Below are positions 21,271-32,796 of a DNA stretch of 64,000 nucleotides, piece after piece (the first letter of the stretch is position 1; the number at the start of each line of letters is the position of its first letter). The DNA lies in NCBI GenBank assembly GCA_964016885.1, contig OZ024751.1:744001-808000 (forward strand), read 5' to 3'. The notes beneath the pieces were generated by a model. It searched no databases. It saw nothing but the letters and a program-made list of their open reading frames with translations, and was not told the DNA's origin. This stretch comes from Eledone cirrhosa. Its lineage: Eukaryota. Both the position numbers and the translations under genes were made by a program.

Positions 21271-21667
21271 TAACTTTCTCATTTGTAATTTGATATTTAG
21301 AGTATCACTTAGCAAAAATTAAAAAAAAAAATTATGATAGGTTTTTGATATTAAATACAAACATTTTAAAATGAGCAGTTTTGTATCATAAAACTAGGGT
21401 GGTTTCGGGCATGTTGGTATCAAAAGGGTTAAAGATTTGCATCAGGACAAAATTACATTTAGTTGTTTATGTCACACTATTGACTTAATTCTATAGGAAA
21501 ATGTTATCTAATGATTTGTGCATGTGACCTCTTCAGTGCTGGTGTCACGATAGCACACACCCAGTTACACACTAAACTCCATAAAGTGGATCAGGTTTGA
21601 ATGGAGAGAATATTGTTTGAGAAGAATCTTCAGTGTTGTACAGATGACAACTTAAAGCTAAATGCAA

Positions 21668-21793
21668 CTAGTACACTCTGTATAATGCAAAATTCATCCA
21701 GTACAGTGTATAGTGGTAGTGCTGGTGTCTTGATAAAATACACCCACTACACTGTAAAGTGTTAGTACTGGTGTCTTGATAAAATACACCTAG
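21668..21793 (+). repeat. Left part of the 46-bp minisatellite split by the CR1-group LINE
   Basis: Two to three units ending ...AAAATACACCTAG at 21793. Confidence 0.85.
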
Positions 21794-21922
21794 TTTTAGT
21801 CTGCGTGATGATGGGCAGATCTGGAGGTTTGTCAAGGCTGGTGAAACGTGGAAGAGAGATACCAGCTGGTCTGAGTGTGATCTACCCACAATAACTGGCA
21901 ATGTAAAAACTGCTATAACTCT

Positions 21923-21929
21923 GGGAAAC
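21923..21929 (+). promoter_or_regulatory. Candidate -1 ribosomal frameshift slippery site G_GGA_AAC
   Basis: CTG GGA AAC TAA ends the upstream open frame; the -1 frame runs without a stop or AUG into LNARSLCNK. Confidence 0.55.
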
Positions 21930-24740
21930 TAAACCAGAACAACCTGCCACCCTCTACACACCATCATAAATTGCGAGCAGGGTACAAATTGTCCTTAAAT
22001 GCTCGCAGTTTATGCAACAAGATACATCTGTTCGAATCCTACGTCAGAAGCATTGACCCTGACTTCATCACAGTCACGGAAACATGGGCACATTCCTTAC
22101 TCTGTGATGGGGTTTTCACCATTACTGGGTACAACCTTTTCCGCAAGGACCGCATTAACCGCCGTAATGGTCTACGTTCGTTCAAACTTTTCGGTAATTC
22201 CTTGCGTTGATTTGAACGAATCACAGGAAGAAGTTTTTTTATGTGACATACGTATGACCATGTCAACACTTCTGCTTGGTGTTGTTTATCGCCCCCCAAA
22301 CTACCATCAGGACACACAGCTTTGCGATATCCTCAGAGTTGCTGCCAAGAAAACAGCCACTTATGTGTTTATTGCAGGTGACTTCAATCATCCTGAGATC
22401 GATTGGGAAACCTTTTGTTGGCCACAGGGTGCAAACGATTTCCTTGAACTAGTGTTGGACTCAAACTGGTCACAAGTAGTCACCTCTCCAACAAGAGGTG
22501 ACAACACTTTGGACCTGATCTTCACCACTATTCCTGAAGTGGTTATCAGTTGTACTACTGAGGAACCTCTAGGCGACTCTGATCATGCTATGATCATTGC
22601 CAATCTGGCACTTGAGGGCAGCAACAAAAATCAGACCCATCTCCAATCTGCTTGCTTTGATTGGAAGAGGGCGGATTGGAATTTGTACTGCACTGAGCTA
22701 CAGCGCCCAAACTGGCATGAGATGTATAACTCTGGAGATGTGAACTCTATACTCCAGAGCATCCTGGACTCAATATGGATAGCGTGTGCAGCATCAGTGC
22801 CACGGAAGCGGAAAAATAACCACCCCAAAAGTGCAATCTGGGAAACTTCAGCGGTCCGACTTGCCAGGAAAGAACGTCGGAACGCTGAACGGGAATATAA
22901 ACTGCATAGATCAGATGCCAACAGAAAAAAGCGGAATAAATCTTCTAACCATCTCAAGCAAGTGACAAAGAAGGCAGTGCTTGAATTTGAACAGTGCATC
23001 GCAACCAATCCTGACAGTAAGGTGTTCTGGAAATATGTTCATTCAAAGCAGAGACCTCACTCTCCAGTTGGTCCTCTTCGCAATCCCCACACAAGCCAGA
23101 TCACTGACGATCCCAAGGAATGCGCAGAACTCATTGCTGAGTGTTATGCAAGTATTTTTACGGTTGAAAACCAGAATGATCCATCTCCACCATCTCTAAC
23201 ATCAAATTCCATAACAACTATGGAATTTACACCTGCAATGTTGCGACGTCACCTTAAGAATAAGCGCAACTATGCCTCCCCTGGTCTTGATGGTGTGACA
23301 TACCTGCTTCTCAAACGTGGCGGGGATTTCCTTTTGTGCCAGCTTTCTTTTTTCTTTCAATACTGTCTCAGCAATGGTGCTACTCCGGAGCAGTGGAAAA
23401 CTGCCAGTGTCATTCCCCTGTTCAAAAAGGGCAACCGCATGTCACCTGTCAACCATTGTCCAGTCAGTCTTACTAGCTGTATGGCCAAACTGATGGAATC
23501 CTGTGTCAGAGAAACACTTTGGAACTTCTGGAGCTCTCACAGCCTCATCCGGCCCTCACAGTTTGGATTTATCCCTAACTCCAGCTGCTGTGATCAGCTT
23601 ATCGAGTTCCTTGAGGACATCACCCGGATCACTGACAGCGGCTCATGGGTGGATGTTGTTTACCTTGACTTTGCTAAGGCTTTTAATTCTGTGCCACTCA
23701 AAAGACTTATGGCAAAACTCTCTGCAATGGGTGTGAGGGATGATCTTTTCGACTGGCTGAAATCCTTCATTCTCAGCCGAAAGGAAGTAGTCACGGTTCT
23801 AGGACAGCATTCTTCACCATATGAGATGTCATCTGGTGTACCACAGGGATCTGTTCTTGGTCCTCTTTTGTTTGTGGCATATATTAATGACATAGATGCC
23901 AACTTACAGAATGCCACGGTACTAAAATATGCAGATGACATCAAGCTGTACCTTGAAATCAAAAGAACTGATCCTGAAATTTACAACTCTTTCCTACAAT
24001 CAGACCTGGACACAATGCAGCAATGGATCACAGACTGGCAACTGAAGCTGGCTGTGGACAAGTGTACCACCATGCATTTTGGAAGGAAAAATCCAGCGTC
24101 CACATACTCCCTCCACAACACTGACATCAAAATGTCCTCTTGTGAACGTGACCTGGGCATTACTGTCAGCAACGATTTGCGTTGGACAAAGCATGTCTCT
24201 AAGATTGTCAAGAAGGCCGAAGGTGTCTTGGCATCACTCAGCAAGACCTTTGTTAGCCGCTCTCCAGCCATTTATTTAAAACTGTATACAGCTATGGTGC
24301 GACCACACTTGGAATTCGCATCATCAGTCTGGAACCCCTATCTTGCTCGGAACATTGACCTCCTGGAAACTGTTCAGAGACGTGCAACCAAGCGCATACC
24401 CTCCATCAGACACCTACCATACTCTGAACGCCTTGCTTCCCTGGGCATGGATTCATTGAAGCTCCGACGTCTGGCAATGGACTTGGTGAATACCCACAAA
24501 GTTTTTAACCATCTCGCCAACTGCAACCCTGAGCGCCTCTTTGATCTCCATGTGTCTAACACACGTGGACATGCCTACAAGATAAGAAAACAGCACAGCT
24601 CCCATGACTTTCGCAGACATTTTTTCACGCTCAGAGTTGCTGAAGCATGGAACAAACTGCCTGCGTCAATTGTTAGCTGCCGAGACACTGCATCCTTTCA
24701 GACACTCATGCTTCCCGAAATACGCCAAAACTACACCTGA
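21929..24740 (+). pseudogene. LINE ORF2 (AP endonuclease + reverse transcriptase) with one frameshift
   Basis: ORF 21971-22210 holds the APE N-terminus. The frame switches near 22165, where the usual RGGGV motif is missing, into ORF 21999-24740. Confidence 0.9.
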
Positions 24741-25032
24741 TGTACCCCTTCCATACACATGCACACGTGTGTATCATGACTCGTGCACTGTTCATTTTAC
24801 TGATGTTTGTGCATTGCCCTATGTACTGTACATGCACTTTTTTGATGAGTTGTGGTGCACCTGGGCACTGTACACAATATTTCATTATTTTTATTGTTAT
24901 TATATCATGACTCATACACTGTTCATTTTCCTGACATTTGTTCATTATTCTATGTACTATACATGCACCTTTGATGAGTTGTAGTGCACCTGAGCACTGT
25001 ACACAATAATTTCATTATTATTATTATTATTA

Positions 25033-25970
25033 TACACTGTACAGTGGTAGTGCTGGTGTCTTGATAAAATACACCTAGTACACTGTATAGTGGTAGTGCT
25101 GGTGTCTTGATAAAATACACCTAGTACACTGTATAGTGGTAGTGCTGGTGTCTTGATAAAATACACCTAGTACACTGTATAGTGGTAGTACTGGTGTCTT
25201 GATAAAATACACCTAGTACACTGTATAGTGGTAGTGCTGGTGCCTTGATAAAATACACCTAATACACTGTATAGTGGTAGTGCTGGTGCCTTTATAAAAT
25301 AAACTCAGTACACTGTATAGTGGTAGTGCTGGTGTCTTGATAAAATACACCTAGTACACTGTATAGTGGTAGTGCTGGTGTCTTGATAAAATACACCTAG
25401 TACACTGTATAGTGGTAGTACTGGTGTCTTGATAAAATGCACCTAGTACACTGTATAGTGGTAGTACTGGTGTCTTGATAAAATGCACCTAGTACACTGT
25501 ATAGTGGTAGTGCTGGTGCCTTGATAAAATACACCTAATACACTGTATAGTGGTAGTGCTGGTGCCTTTATAAAATAAACTCAGTACACTGTATAGTGGT
25601 AGTGCTGGTGTCTTGATAAAATACACCTAATACACTGTATAGTGGTAGTGCTGGTGCCTTGATAAAATAAACTCAGTACACTGTATAGTGGTAGTGCTGG
25701 TGTCTTGATAAAATACACCTAATACACTGTATAGTGGTAGTGCTGGTGCCTTAATAAAATGAAACCTAGTACACTCTGTAAAGTGTTAGTGCTGGTGCCT
25801 TAATGAAATGAAACCTAGTACACTCTGTAAAGTGTTAGTGCTGGTGCCTTGATAAAATACACCCAGTACACTCTAAAGAGGTAATGTTGATGTCATGTTA
25901 AAAATACACTCCGTAAAGTGTTAGTGTTGGTGCCTTGATAAAATGTATCTGGTTTACACTGAAAAGTGGT
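25033..25970 (+). repeat. 46-bp minisatellite, about 20 copies
   Basis: Unit TACACTGTATAGTGGTAGTGCTGGTGTCTTGATAAAATACACCTAG. Confidence 0.95.
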
Positions 25971-26094
25971 TTGTGTGGGAAAGGACATATAATTGTAGAA
26001 ACCATACCAAATATGGAAAGCATGAGCAATATGTGTTGTGTCATTAGCCCGATGATTTGTGTGGGACAGGCTGAAACATACATCTAGTTAAGCC

Positions 26095-26370
26095 TTCAGT
26101 CCACCCTGTAAGGTGGTCATGATGGCGACACAACAAAAAGCATCCAGCCCACACTGTAGAGTGGTTATGTAGGTGTCATAACAAAAAATACCCAGTCCAC
26201 ACTGTAAAGTGGTCATGTAGGGAGGGCATGCAGCTGTAGAAACCAAGCCCAAATCAGTTCTGTATGATCAAGACATGGTCACCTGACCTGCCATTGCTCA
26301 CAACAGGACAACTTGTCTAACCCATGCTAGTGTGGAGAAAAGGACATCAAATGGTGATGATGGTGATGAA
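26095..26370 (+). mobile_element. RTE 3'-UTR-related element / SINE tail
   Basis: CCACACTGTA repeats, GGGCATGCAGCTGTAGAAACC, AACCCATGCTAG..GGAC and a degenerate (GAT)n tail, similar to the UTR at 5050-5318. Confidence 0.7.
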
Positions 26371-26976
26371 ATTGGATATGAACCATGCTAAACATGACCT
26401 AGAATATGATGAAGTGTTCTGAAAGATCAGCATACAATAATCACAATAATCAATATTTAGTAATGAGACACAAGAGAGAAGAGAGACACACACACAGGAG
26501 AGAGAGAGAGAGAAGAGAGAGGCAGATACACAAGAGGGAAAGAGAGAAAAGAAATACAGACACAGAGGAGAGAGAGGGAAAGAGTGACACAAGAGAGAAG
26601 TGAAAAGATTTTAGTGAATTGCTCCTTGGACAAACTGATTCATAATTATAGTTAAATATATTCAAATACGAAACTGCTTGAAACACTCCTGGTTCTAGGA
26701 AGTATTTATCAACATCATCATCATCATCACCATTTAATGTCTGTTTTCCATCCTTCTGTGAGTCAGACAGGTGGCCACATTGTGAGGCTAGATAAGTCAG
26801 ATGACCACATCTATAGTTATCTAAAAATCTTCGATTGTAATTTCATATGATAACTTTTGTTAAGTTATATTTCAAACAGCAGCTTAATAACGAGAAAATT
26901 AGTTGTTACTAAATCCCTCAAAATGTTTGATTATTTTCAAAATATTTGAGAACCATAGCATGTGTCTGTCTGTCCG

Positions 26977-27657
26977 TCTTCTTTGCCCACTTATTCCTGA
27001 GAGGGTCGTGGGGTGCAGAGTCCTCAAACACTCCTTCCAATGGGTCCTATCAGAAGCAACTGTCTCCAACTGATTCAGCTGGATCTCCAAGCATGACCAG
27101 GCTGATGGGTGTTATCCAACCATCTTGCTCGAGGTCTACCTCTCGTGCCGATTGGTTTTGCCTGTAAAATCTGTCCAGTGATTCTTTCCTGAGTCATTCT
27201 AACTACATGGAACTGTGATCTCTTGATTTGGAGAAGTAGTGGCTCTACCTGGAACGACTCTCTCATCTCTGAGTTACGCACTCTATTGAGTAACGTTACT
27301 CCAAACACTCTTCGGATGAACCCCATTTCGGCTGCTTGTATTTGTGATCATATTCTTTCGGTCATTATGCCAGATTCAAAGGTTGGAATAAATACAGAAT
27401 TGAAGATAGTGAGTTTGGCTTTTATACCTACCTCCCTTCTGATTACTAAATGCTGAAGCAGGCACATTACTGCACCAACTCCTGCAATTTTGCACTTAAT
27501 TCTGCCTTCTGCTTTCCATCACTCATGAAGACGGCCCAAGATACTTGAACTTCTTAACATGCTTCAGTGGAACTCCATTCACATGTAGAGTGCAACATGC
27601 AGGCTTCTTTGAGAGGACAAGTGTCTCAGTTTTTGCAGCACTGATTTTCATTCCAGC
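26977..27657 (-). mobile_element. Second RTE family, 3' fragment
   Basis: MGFIRRVFGVTLLNRVRNSEMRE...RGRPRARW; inverted homolog of about 32150-32796. Confidence 0.88.
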
Positions 27658-28014
27658 TATGCATCAATCCTAAACACAAAGTCATAGTTAGTATATGTTA
27701 TAAAAAATACGAAAATGAAAACACTCCTCACCAACATGAAACCACAAACTAGTAAAGCAGAGAAATGACCTATGTGATGTATGAATTTCAATATAAACAT
27801 GAAATTTATGAACTTCATGACTAAAATTGTTACACTGGTCACACAAGCACTACACTTTCCCATCCTTTAACTATGCACTTACAACAAGGAGCCATTGCAA
27901 CACATTGCCATATAGCATATACAGCAAAATTAGGTAGGACTATGTTAGTTAATAACACTATAATTCTATACACAAAACAACTGGCATAACTATGGTGGCT
28001 TTACTAATATTGCT

Positions 28015-28190
28015 TTCTGATTTAGGCACAAGGCCAAAAAATGTTGGGGAAGTGAAAGTTGATTAAATTGCCACTGGTGTGAAAGGCAAAGCTAACCTTG
28101 GCAGGATTTTAACTCCGGTTGTAAAGGGGCATAGCCCTATGCTATAATGCATGTTCGATGCTCTACCAATACTGCCTATCCACCACCCTA
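28015..28190 (-). mobile_element. SINE family 1, degenerate
   Basis: GGCACAAGGCC, GAAAGGCAAAGCTAACCTTGGCAGGATTT and CTCTACCAATACTGCC blocks. Confidence 0.75.
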
Positions 28191-28319
28191 AGCTTTACTA
28201 ATACCAAAATCTAAACCATAATCAACACACAAACACAACATACGTGAAACTGCCATGCTTCAACCATTGAGAAATTAAAAATCAAGCGTCCATAATTTCC
28301 TACCACTTCTATGACACTT

Positions 28320-28520
28320 TGTGAAGACACGTGGATTCAATTCCTGGGCTGGGTTACGTGTTGTTTTCTTGAGCAAAACACTTCATCTCATGTTGCTCCA
28401 GTATACTCAGCTGAAAATGAGTACCAGAAATAGCTGGAGTTTTAACCCTGTCCAGGGGGAGTCTTGTACTCCCAGTCGCTTCAGGGCATGAAACTGGGAT
28501 AAGCACCGGCTCAACGTGCT
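28320..28520 (+). mobile_element. CORE-like SINE fragment
   Basis: B-box-like GGATTCAATTCC followed by CTTGAGCAAAACACTT and CAGCTGAAAATGAGTACC. Confidence 0.6.
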
Positions 28521-28784
28521 GGTTTGCAGCGCATGATGACATGCATGTCTGTGACACTTTACGACCCCTACTAAACACATGGTTAATGTACCTTTTGTAT
28601 AACCATTGTGAGTCTGACGATGGTGGTGAAGGCCTTGAAATGTTAATACAAATATGGATTTAGGAACTTGGTTGCTCCAAAGAATTAATAAGGAATTACA
28701 AAGACTCCTTAATAAAAATAATCAAATTGGTGTACAGTTGTGTTTTAAATATAATACATATGTATCTCTCTATCTCTCTCTACA

Positions 28785-29133
28785 AAGGTAAAGGGTAAAG
28801 ACCCCCTTCAGACATGAATGACCATGAGATTTGCACCTAGTAAGTGCCCCTCCAAGGCACAACTCTGAGCAAGTTAGTTTGTGGAAGACCAGCTGTTGCC
28901 CATGTATACCAGTCTCCCCTCTCCACGCAACCAATGTTGTTCAAGGGAATGGCAAAGGCTGATACAGCTTGGCACCAGTGGCATCACAACTTGTTTCTAC
29001 AGTTGAGTGAACTGGTGCAATGTGAAATAAAGTGCCTTGCTCAAGAAAACACGCAAAGCCTTGACTGAGAATTGAACTCACAACTTCACGATTATAAGCC
29101 CGACACTCTAATCACTAAGCCTTGTGCCTTCAC
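28785..29133 (-). mobile_element. tRNA-derived CORE-like SINE (family 2) with (TTTACC)n-like tail
   Basis: Minus-strand head GTGAAGGCACAAGGCTTAGTG..GAGTTCAATTCTC, core CTTGAGCAAGGCACTT, tail CTTTACCCTTTACC. Confidence 0.75.
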
Positions 29134-29160
29134 ACTCTCTCTCTCTCTTTCTATATATAT

Positions 29161-29430
29161 ATCATCATAATTTAATATCCACTTACCCTGCTAGCAAGAG
29201 TTGAATGGGTCTTTACAGACTGAGTCAGTACTGAAGTGGGTCTACTGACCTTGTCGACAGGGCAGATGCTTGCATCTCACTTACATGGCACCAGCACTGG
29301 AGAGGTTGTCGTGTCTTTAACACAACTGAAGAGTCCTCCTCTCAACTTTTTGTTTGGCAAGCTTTCTATGGCTAGATTCCTTCCTGTCACCAATCACTTT
29401 ACAGAGCATACTGGGTGCTTTTATTGTGGA
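29161..29430 (-). mobile_element. RTE-tail element, left arm of an inverted pair
   Basis: Diverged reverse complement of 29685-29947. Confidence 0.75.
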
Positions 29431-29684
29431 GATCACTAAACCTATGCTAACAGGGAAAATGGGCGTTAAATTATACATGTATATGTGTTGGCATATATAT
29501 ATATATATATATATGTGCGTGTGTGTTTGTGGTTTCCACCCTCCCCTTTCCATTAGTACTGTCCAGTATCCTCACCAACACTGCATATACCCACCCTTTC
29601 CATGCCCTCTCCAGTATCACTCCTTAGCTACCCCCCCCCCCCATCTAAAGCCCATAGATACCCTCATTATTACACCCTAGTAGC

Positions 29685-29947
29685 TGTAAAGTGGTTGGTG
29701 TTAGGAAGGGCATACAGCCATAGAAAGCTTGCCAAACAAGGGGTTGGAAGGACCCTTCAGTTTGTGTCAAAAGAGACGACAACTTCTCCTCTGCACTTGA
29801 TAGTCCATGTGACCATATGCAAGTGGGATGCTGACTGCTTGGCCTGTCTGGGAGGTCAGTAGCCTCACTTCAGTACTGACTTAGTCAATGTAGACCTGGC
29901 CAACCGTTGTTTGCAGGGAAAGCGGACATTAAAACGATGATGATGAT
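29685..29947 (+). mobile_element. RTE-tail element with (GAT)n, right arm of an inverted pair
   Basis: TGTAAAGTGGTTGGTGTTAGGAAGGGCAT...GGACATTAAAACGATGATGATG. Confidence 0.75.
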
Positions 29948-30111
29948 ATATATATATAATCTATATTATAATAAGAGTGATGTCTGTCCGTCGGTCATGC
30001 TCACTTTATAGAGATAGACGGAGCATCAAGTGAGAGATAGAGAGAGAAAAGGAATGTCATTTGTTTAGAGAGAGAGTGTGTGTGTGTGACATCAACAGAT
30101 TTTTTATTCAC

Positions 30112-30199
30112 CCAAGTCTGATGAGCTATTGATTCCAGAGTCCAGCCTGATCATACCTTGAATTGATCAATTGTGAAACACACTTTACTTCTGACTTGG
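30112..30199 (+). ncRNA. Degenerate type I hammerhead ribozyme
   Basis: CCAAGT-CTGATGA-GCTATTGAT...ATCAATTGT-GAAA-...-TG-ACTTGG. Stem I and stem II pair; stem III and the cleavage triplet are decayed. Confidence 0.5.
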
Positions 30200-31228
30200 T
30201 CTTACTCTTGTTAGTAGGGAAAGTGGACGTTAAATGATGATCATACACATAGTCACACACACATTAAATGATGATGATGATGATGACACAAAAGGACAGA
30301 CACACACACTCACACACCTATATATATATAAATACTTCCAGACTACAAGAGTAAGTTGTCGACTTCTGAGAATTAGTGAAGAGGAGAAGATGTATTTTAT
30401 TTGATTCTGTTGACAAGGAAGGAAATTATTAATTGAAAACATGAAAATATTCTAAGACTGGTTCAATTGTTTACAACTTTGGAATTCAGAAAATAAAACA
30501 TTTCCCTATACAAAGTCACTTTATTCCATTATGTGAAATTAATATATAGCTTAGTATTAATTAATTCTCTACATAAGATATGAGATAATTAACATCCCCT
30601 CTCTCTCTCTCTTTATCTCACTCGTTCTCTTTCTCTCTCTCTTTTTTCTCACTCTCTCATTTGCTCATGCTCTCTCTCTTTTTTCTCTCATTCTCTCTCT
30701 CTTTTTTCTCTCATTCTCTCTCTCTCTCCCCCTCTCTCTCTACACACACACACTTTATCTCTGTTAGCAGGGAAAACAGATGTTAAAAGATTATCATATA
30801 TTTGTCCCCCTCCTCCTCCTCACCCCCCCCAATACCTAACATCCATTTTCCCTTCTACATACTATTGATGATGATGATGGTGGTGGTGGCGTCGTCGTCG
30901 GTGTCGTCTCATATCTTTCTCTGTATAACCTTTCCTCATTCCTCCATCAAACACTCTCTCCCTCTCTCCTAATCACTTTGCCTATCTCCATCTTTTTCTC
31001 ACTATCCCTCTCTCCTCACCCCACCCCCCTGAAGTGATGTGTTTTCACCTCCCTGTGCACACCATACAAAGCAGTACTGTCTTTAACCTACAAATTGTTG
31101 CAGTTGAAAGAGGTTCTTGGATTGAAGCCAACATTATTGACATCCAAAGACACAGTGTTCAGCACTAATAACGTCACTACTAAATGTATCCAAGGACACA
31201 GTGTTCAGCACTACGTCACTACTAATAA

Positions 31229-31419
31229 TGGTTTCTGGCACAAGGCGAACAATTTCTGGGAAGGGAAAGCAGATTAAATTGACCCCAGTGCATTACTGGT
31301 ACTTTATTTTATTGACCCCGTAAGGATGAAAGGCAAAGCTAACCTCGGCAGGATTTGAACTCAGAACATAAAGGGCCATGGCCTCCAATGCTTTACCAAT
31401 TACTGTCAACCCACCGCCC
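31229..31419 (-). mobile_element. SINE family 1
   Basis: Matches 41153-41339 over most of its length. Confidence 0.85.
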
Positions 31420-31463
31420 TCTTATATAATGGATTTTAATTTAGGCACAAGGCGAACAATTTT

Positions 31464-32796
31464 GGTTGAGGCATTCTCTGGCTGACTCGTGTGTGCCAGG
31501 TGGCCTGGGTCTCTGGATAGGCACCTAAGCAATGGCAATATGGGAGATAAGAGAGGTTCGAATTACAGAGGAATATCCTTGTTAAGCCTCCCCAGTAAAG
31601 TCTATGCTAAGTATCTGGCAAAGAGATGTAAAGAGATTGTCCAGTCTGAGCTAGCTGATGAACAGTGAGGTTTTTGCCTTGGATGCAGCCCAGCTAACCA
31701 AATATTCACACTGGCAGGTCTTCGAGAAATCGTGGGAGCATTACCAAGAGGTATATTTTTGTTTTGTAGACCTTGAAAAGCATATGATCATGTTCCATGA
31801 GAAGGCTGTACAGGAATATGGGATCGATGGTCAACTCCTTTCTGCCCTGATGTCTCTATAAATGCCCAAGTATTTGTGTTTGGATATATGGTGCTAAATT
31901 GAAACCATTCAATGTGGGAGTCAGACTCCACCAAGTGTACATACTGTCACCTCTCCTGTTCATTATTTTCATGAACCGGATTGACATGCACAGCCCTGTT
32001 GGAAGTGGTGTCATGATTAGCAGGTGTAAAATCAGTCAACTGGAATTTGCAGATGACATGGTGTTACTCAACTCAACAGAAGATGATCTCCAACTTGTAC
32101 TTGATAGGTTTAATGTTGAGTACTGCATGGCTGGAATGAAAATCAGTGCTACAAAAACTGAGACACTCGTCCTCTCAAAGAAGCCTGCGTGTTGCACTCT
32201 ACATGTGAATGGAGTTCCACTGAAGCATGTTAAGAAGTTCAAGTATCTTGGGACGTGTTCACGAGTGATGGAAGGCAGGAGGCAGAATTAAGTGTAAAAA
32301 TTGCTGGAGCTGGTGCAGTAATGCACCAACTTTAGCATTTAGTAATCAAGAAGGGAGGTAGGTGTAAAAACCAAACTTGCTATCTTCAATTCAGTATTTG
32401 TGCAAACCCTTACCTATGGTCATGAATCTTGGGTAATGGCTGAAAGAATACAATTGCAAATTCTAGTAGCCAAAATAGGGTTCCTCCGAAGAGTGTCTGG
32501 AGTGACATTACTCGATAGAGTGCATAGCTCAGAGATCAGAGAATCACTCCAGCGAGAGCTGCTACTTCTCCAAGTTCTAATTCTATGGTTAGAATGTCTC
32601 AGGAAAGTATCGCTGGATAGATTTTAGGGGCAAAACCAACTGGCAGGAAACCTAGGGGTAGACCCTGAACAAGTTGATTGTATAAAATCCATGAGTTTGG
32701 CTGGTCTTGCTTCTGACAGGACCCGCTGGAAGGAGTGTTTGAGGACTCTGCTCCCATGACCCTCTCAGCAATAAGTGTGTGAAGAAGAAGAAGAAG
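31464..32796 (+). mobile_element. Second RTE family, 5'-truncated and decayed, (GAA)n tail, inserted in a SINE
   Basis: NYRGISL, CFVDLEK, LSPLLF, FADD, FKYLG and LTYGHESW fragments. The SINE 3' end at about 31436-31463 resumes at 32797-32966. Confidence 0.9.

Larger units (their letters stand above)
21794..25032 (+). mobile_element. CR1-group LINE: end of ORF1, complete ORF2, duplicated 3' UTR, (ATT)n tail
   Basis: APE motifs (LNARSL, TETW, GVVYRPP, GDFN, LDL, SDH), RT motifs (QFGF, YLDFAKAF, GVPQGSVLGPLLF, YADD, DLG) and a CR1-like C-terminus (RPHLEF, VQRRATK, TRGH, WNKLP). Confidence 0.95.

Noticed and set aside
25033-25970. Regular repeat array as a CRISPR
   Set aside because: Head-to-tail 46-bp units with no unique spacers, no cas genes, and a eukaryotic context.
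28608-28655. CTGACGA...GAAA hammerhead-like core
   Set aside because: Stems I and III do not pair convincingly; at best a heavily decayed remnant.
29960-30060. Helitron 5' end (A|TCTATATTATAATA...GTCTGTCCGTC)
   Set aside because: No matching hairpin-CTAG 3' end was found, so it was not called as a feature.
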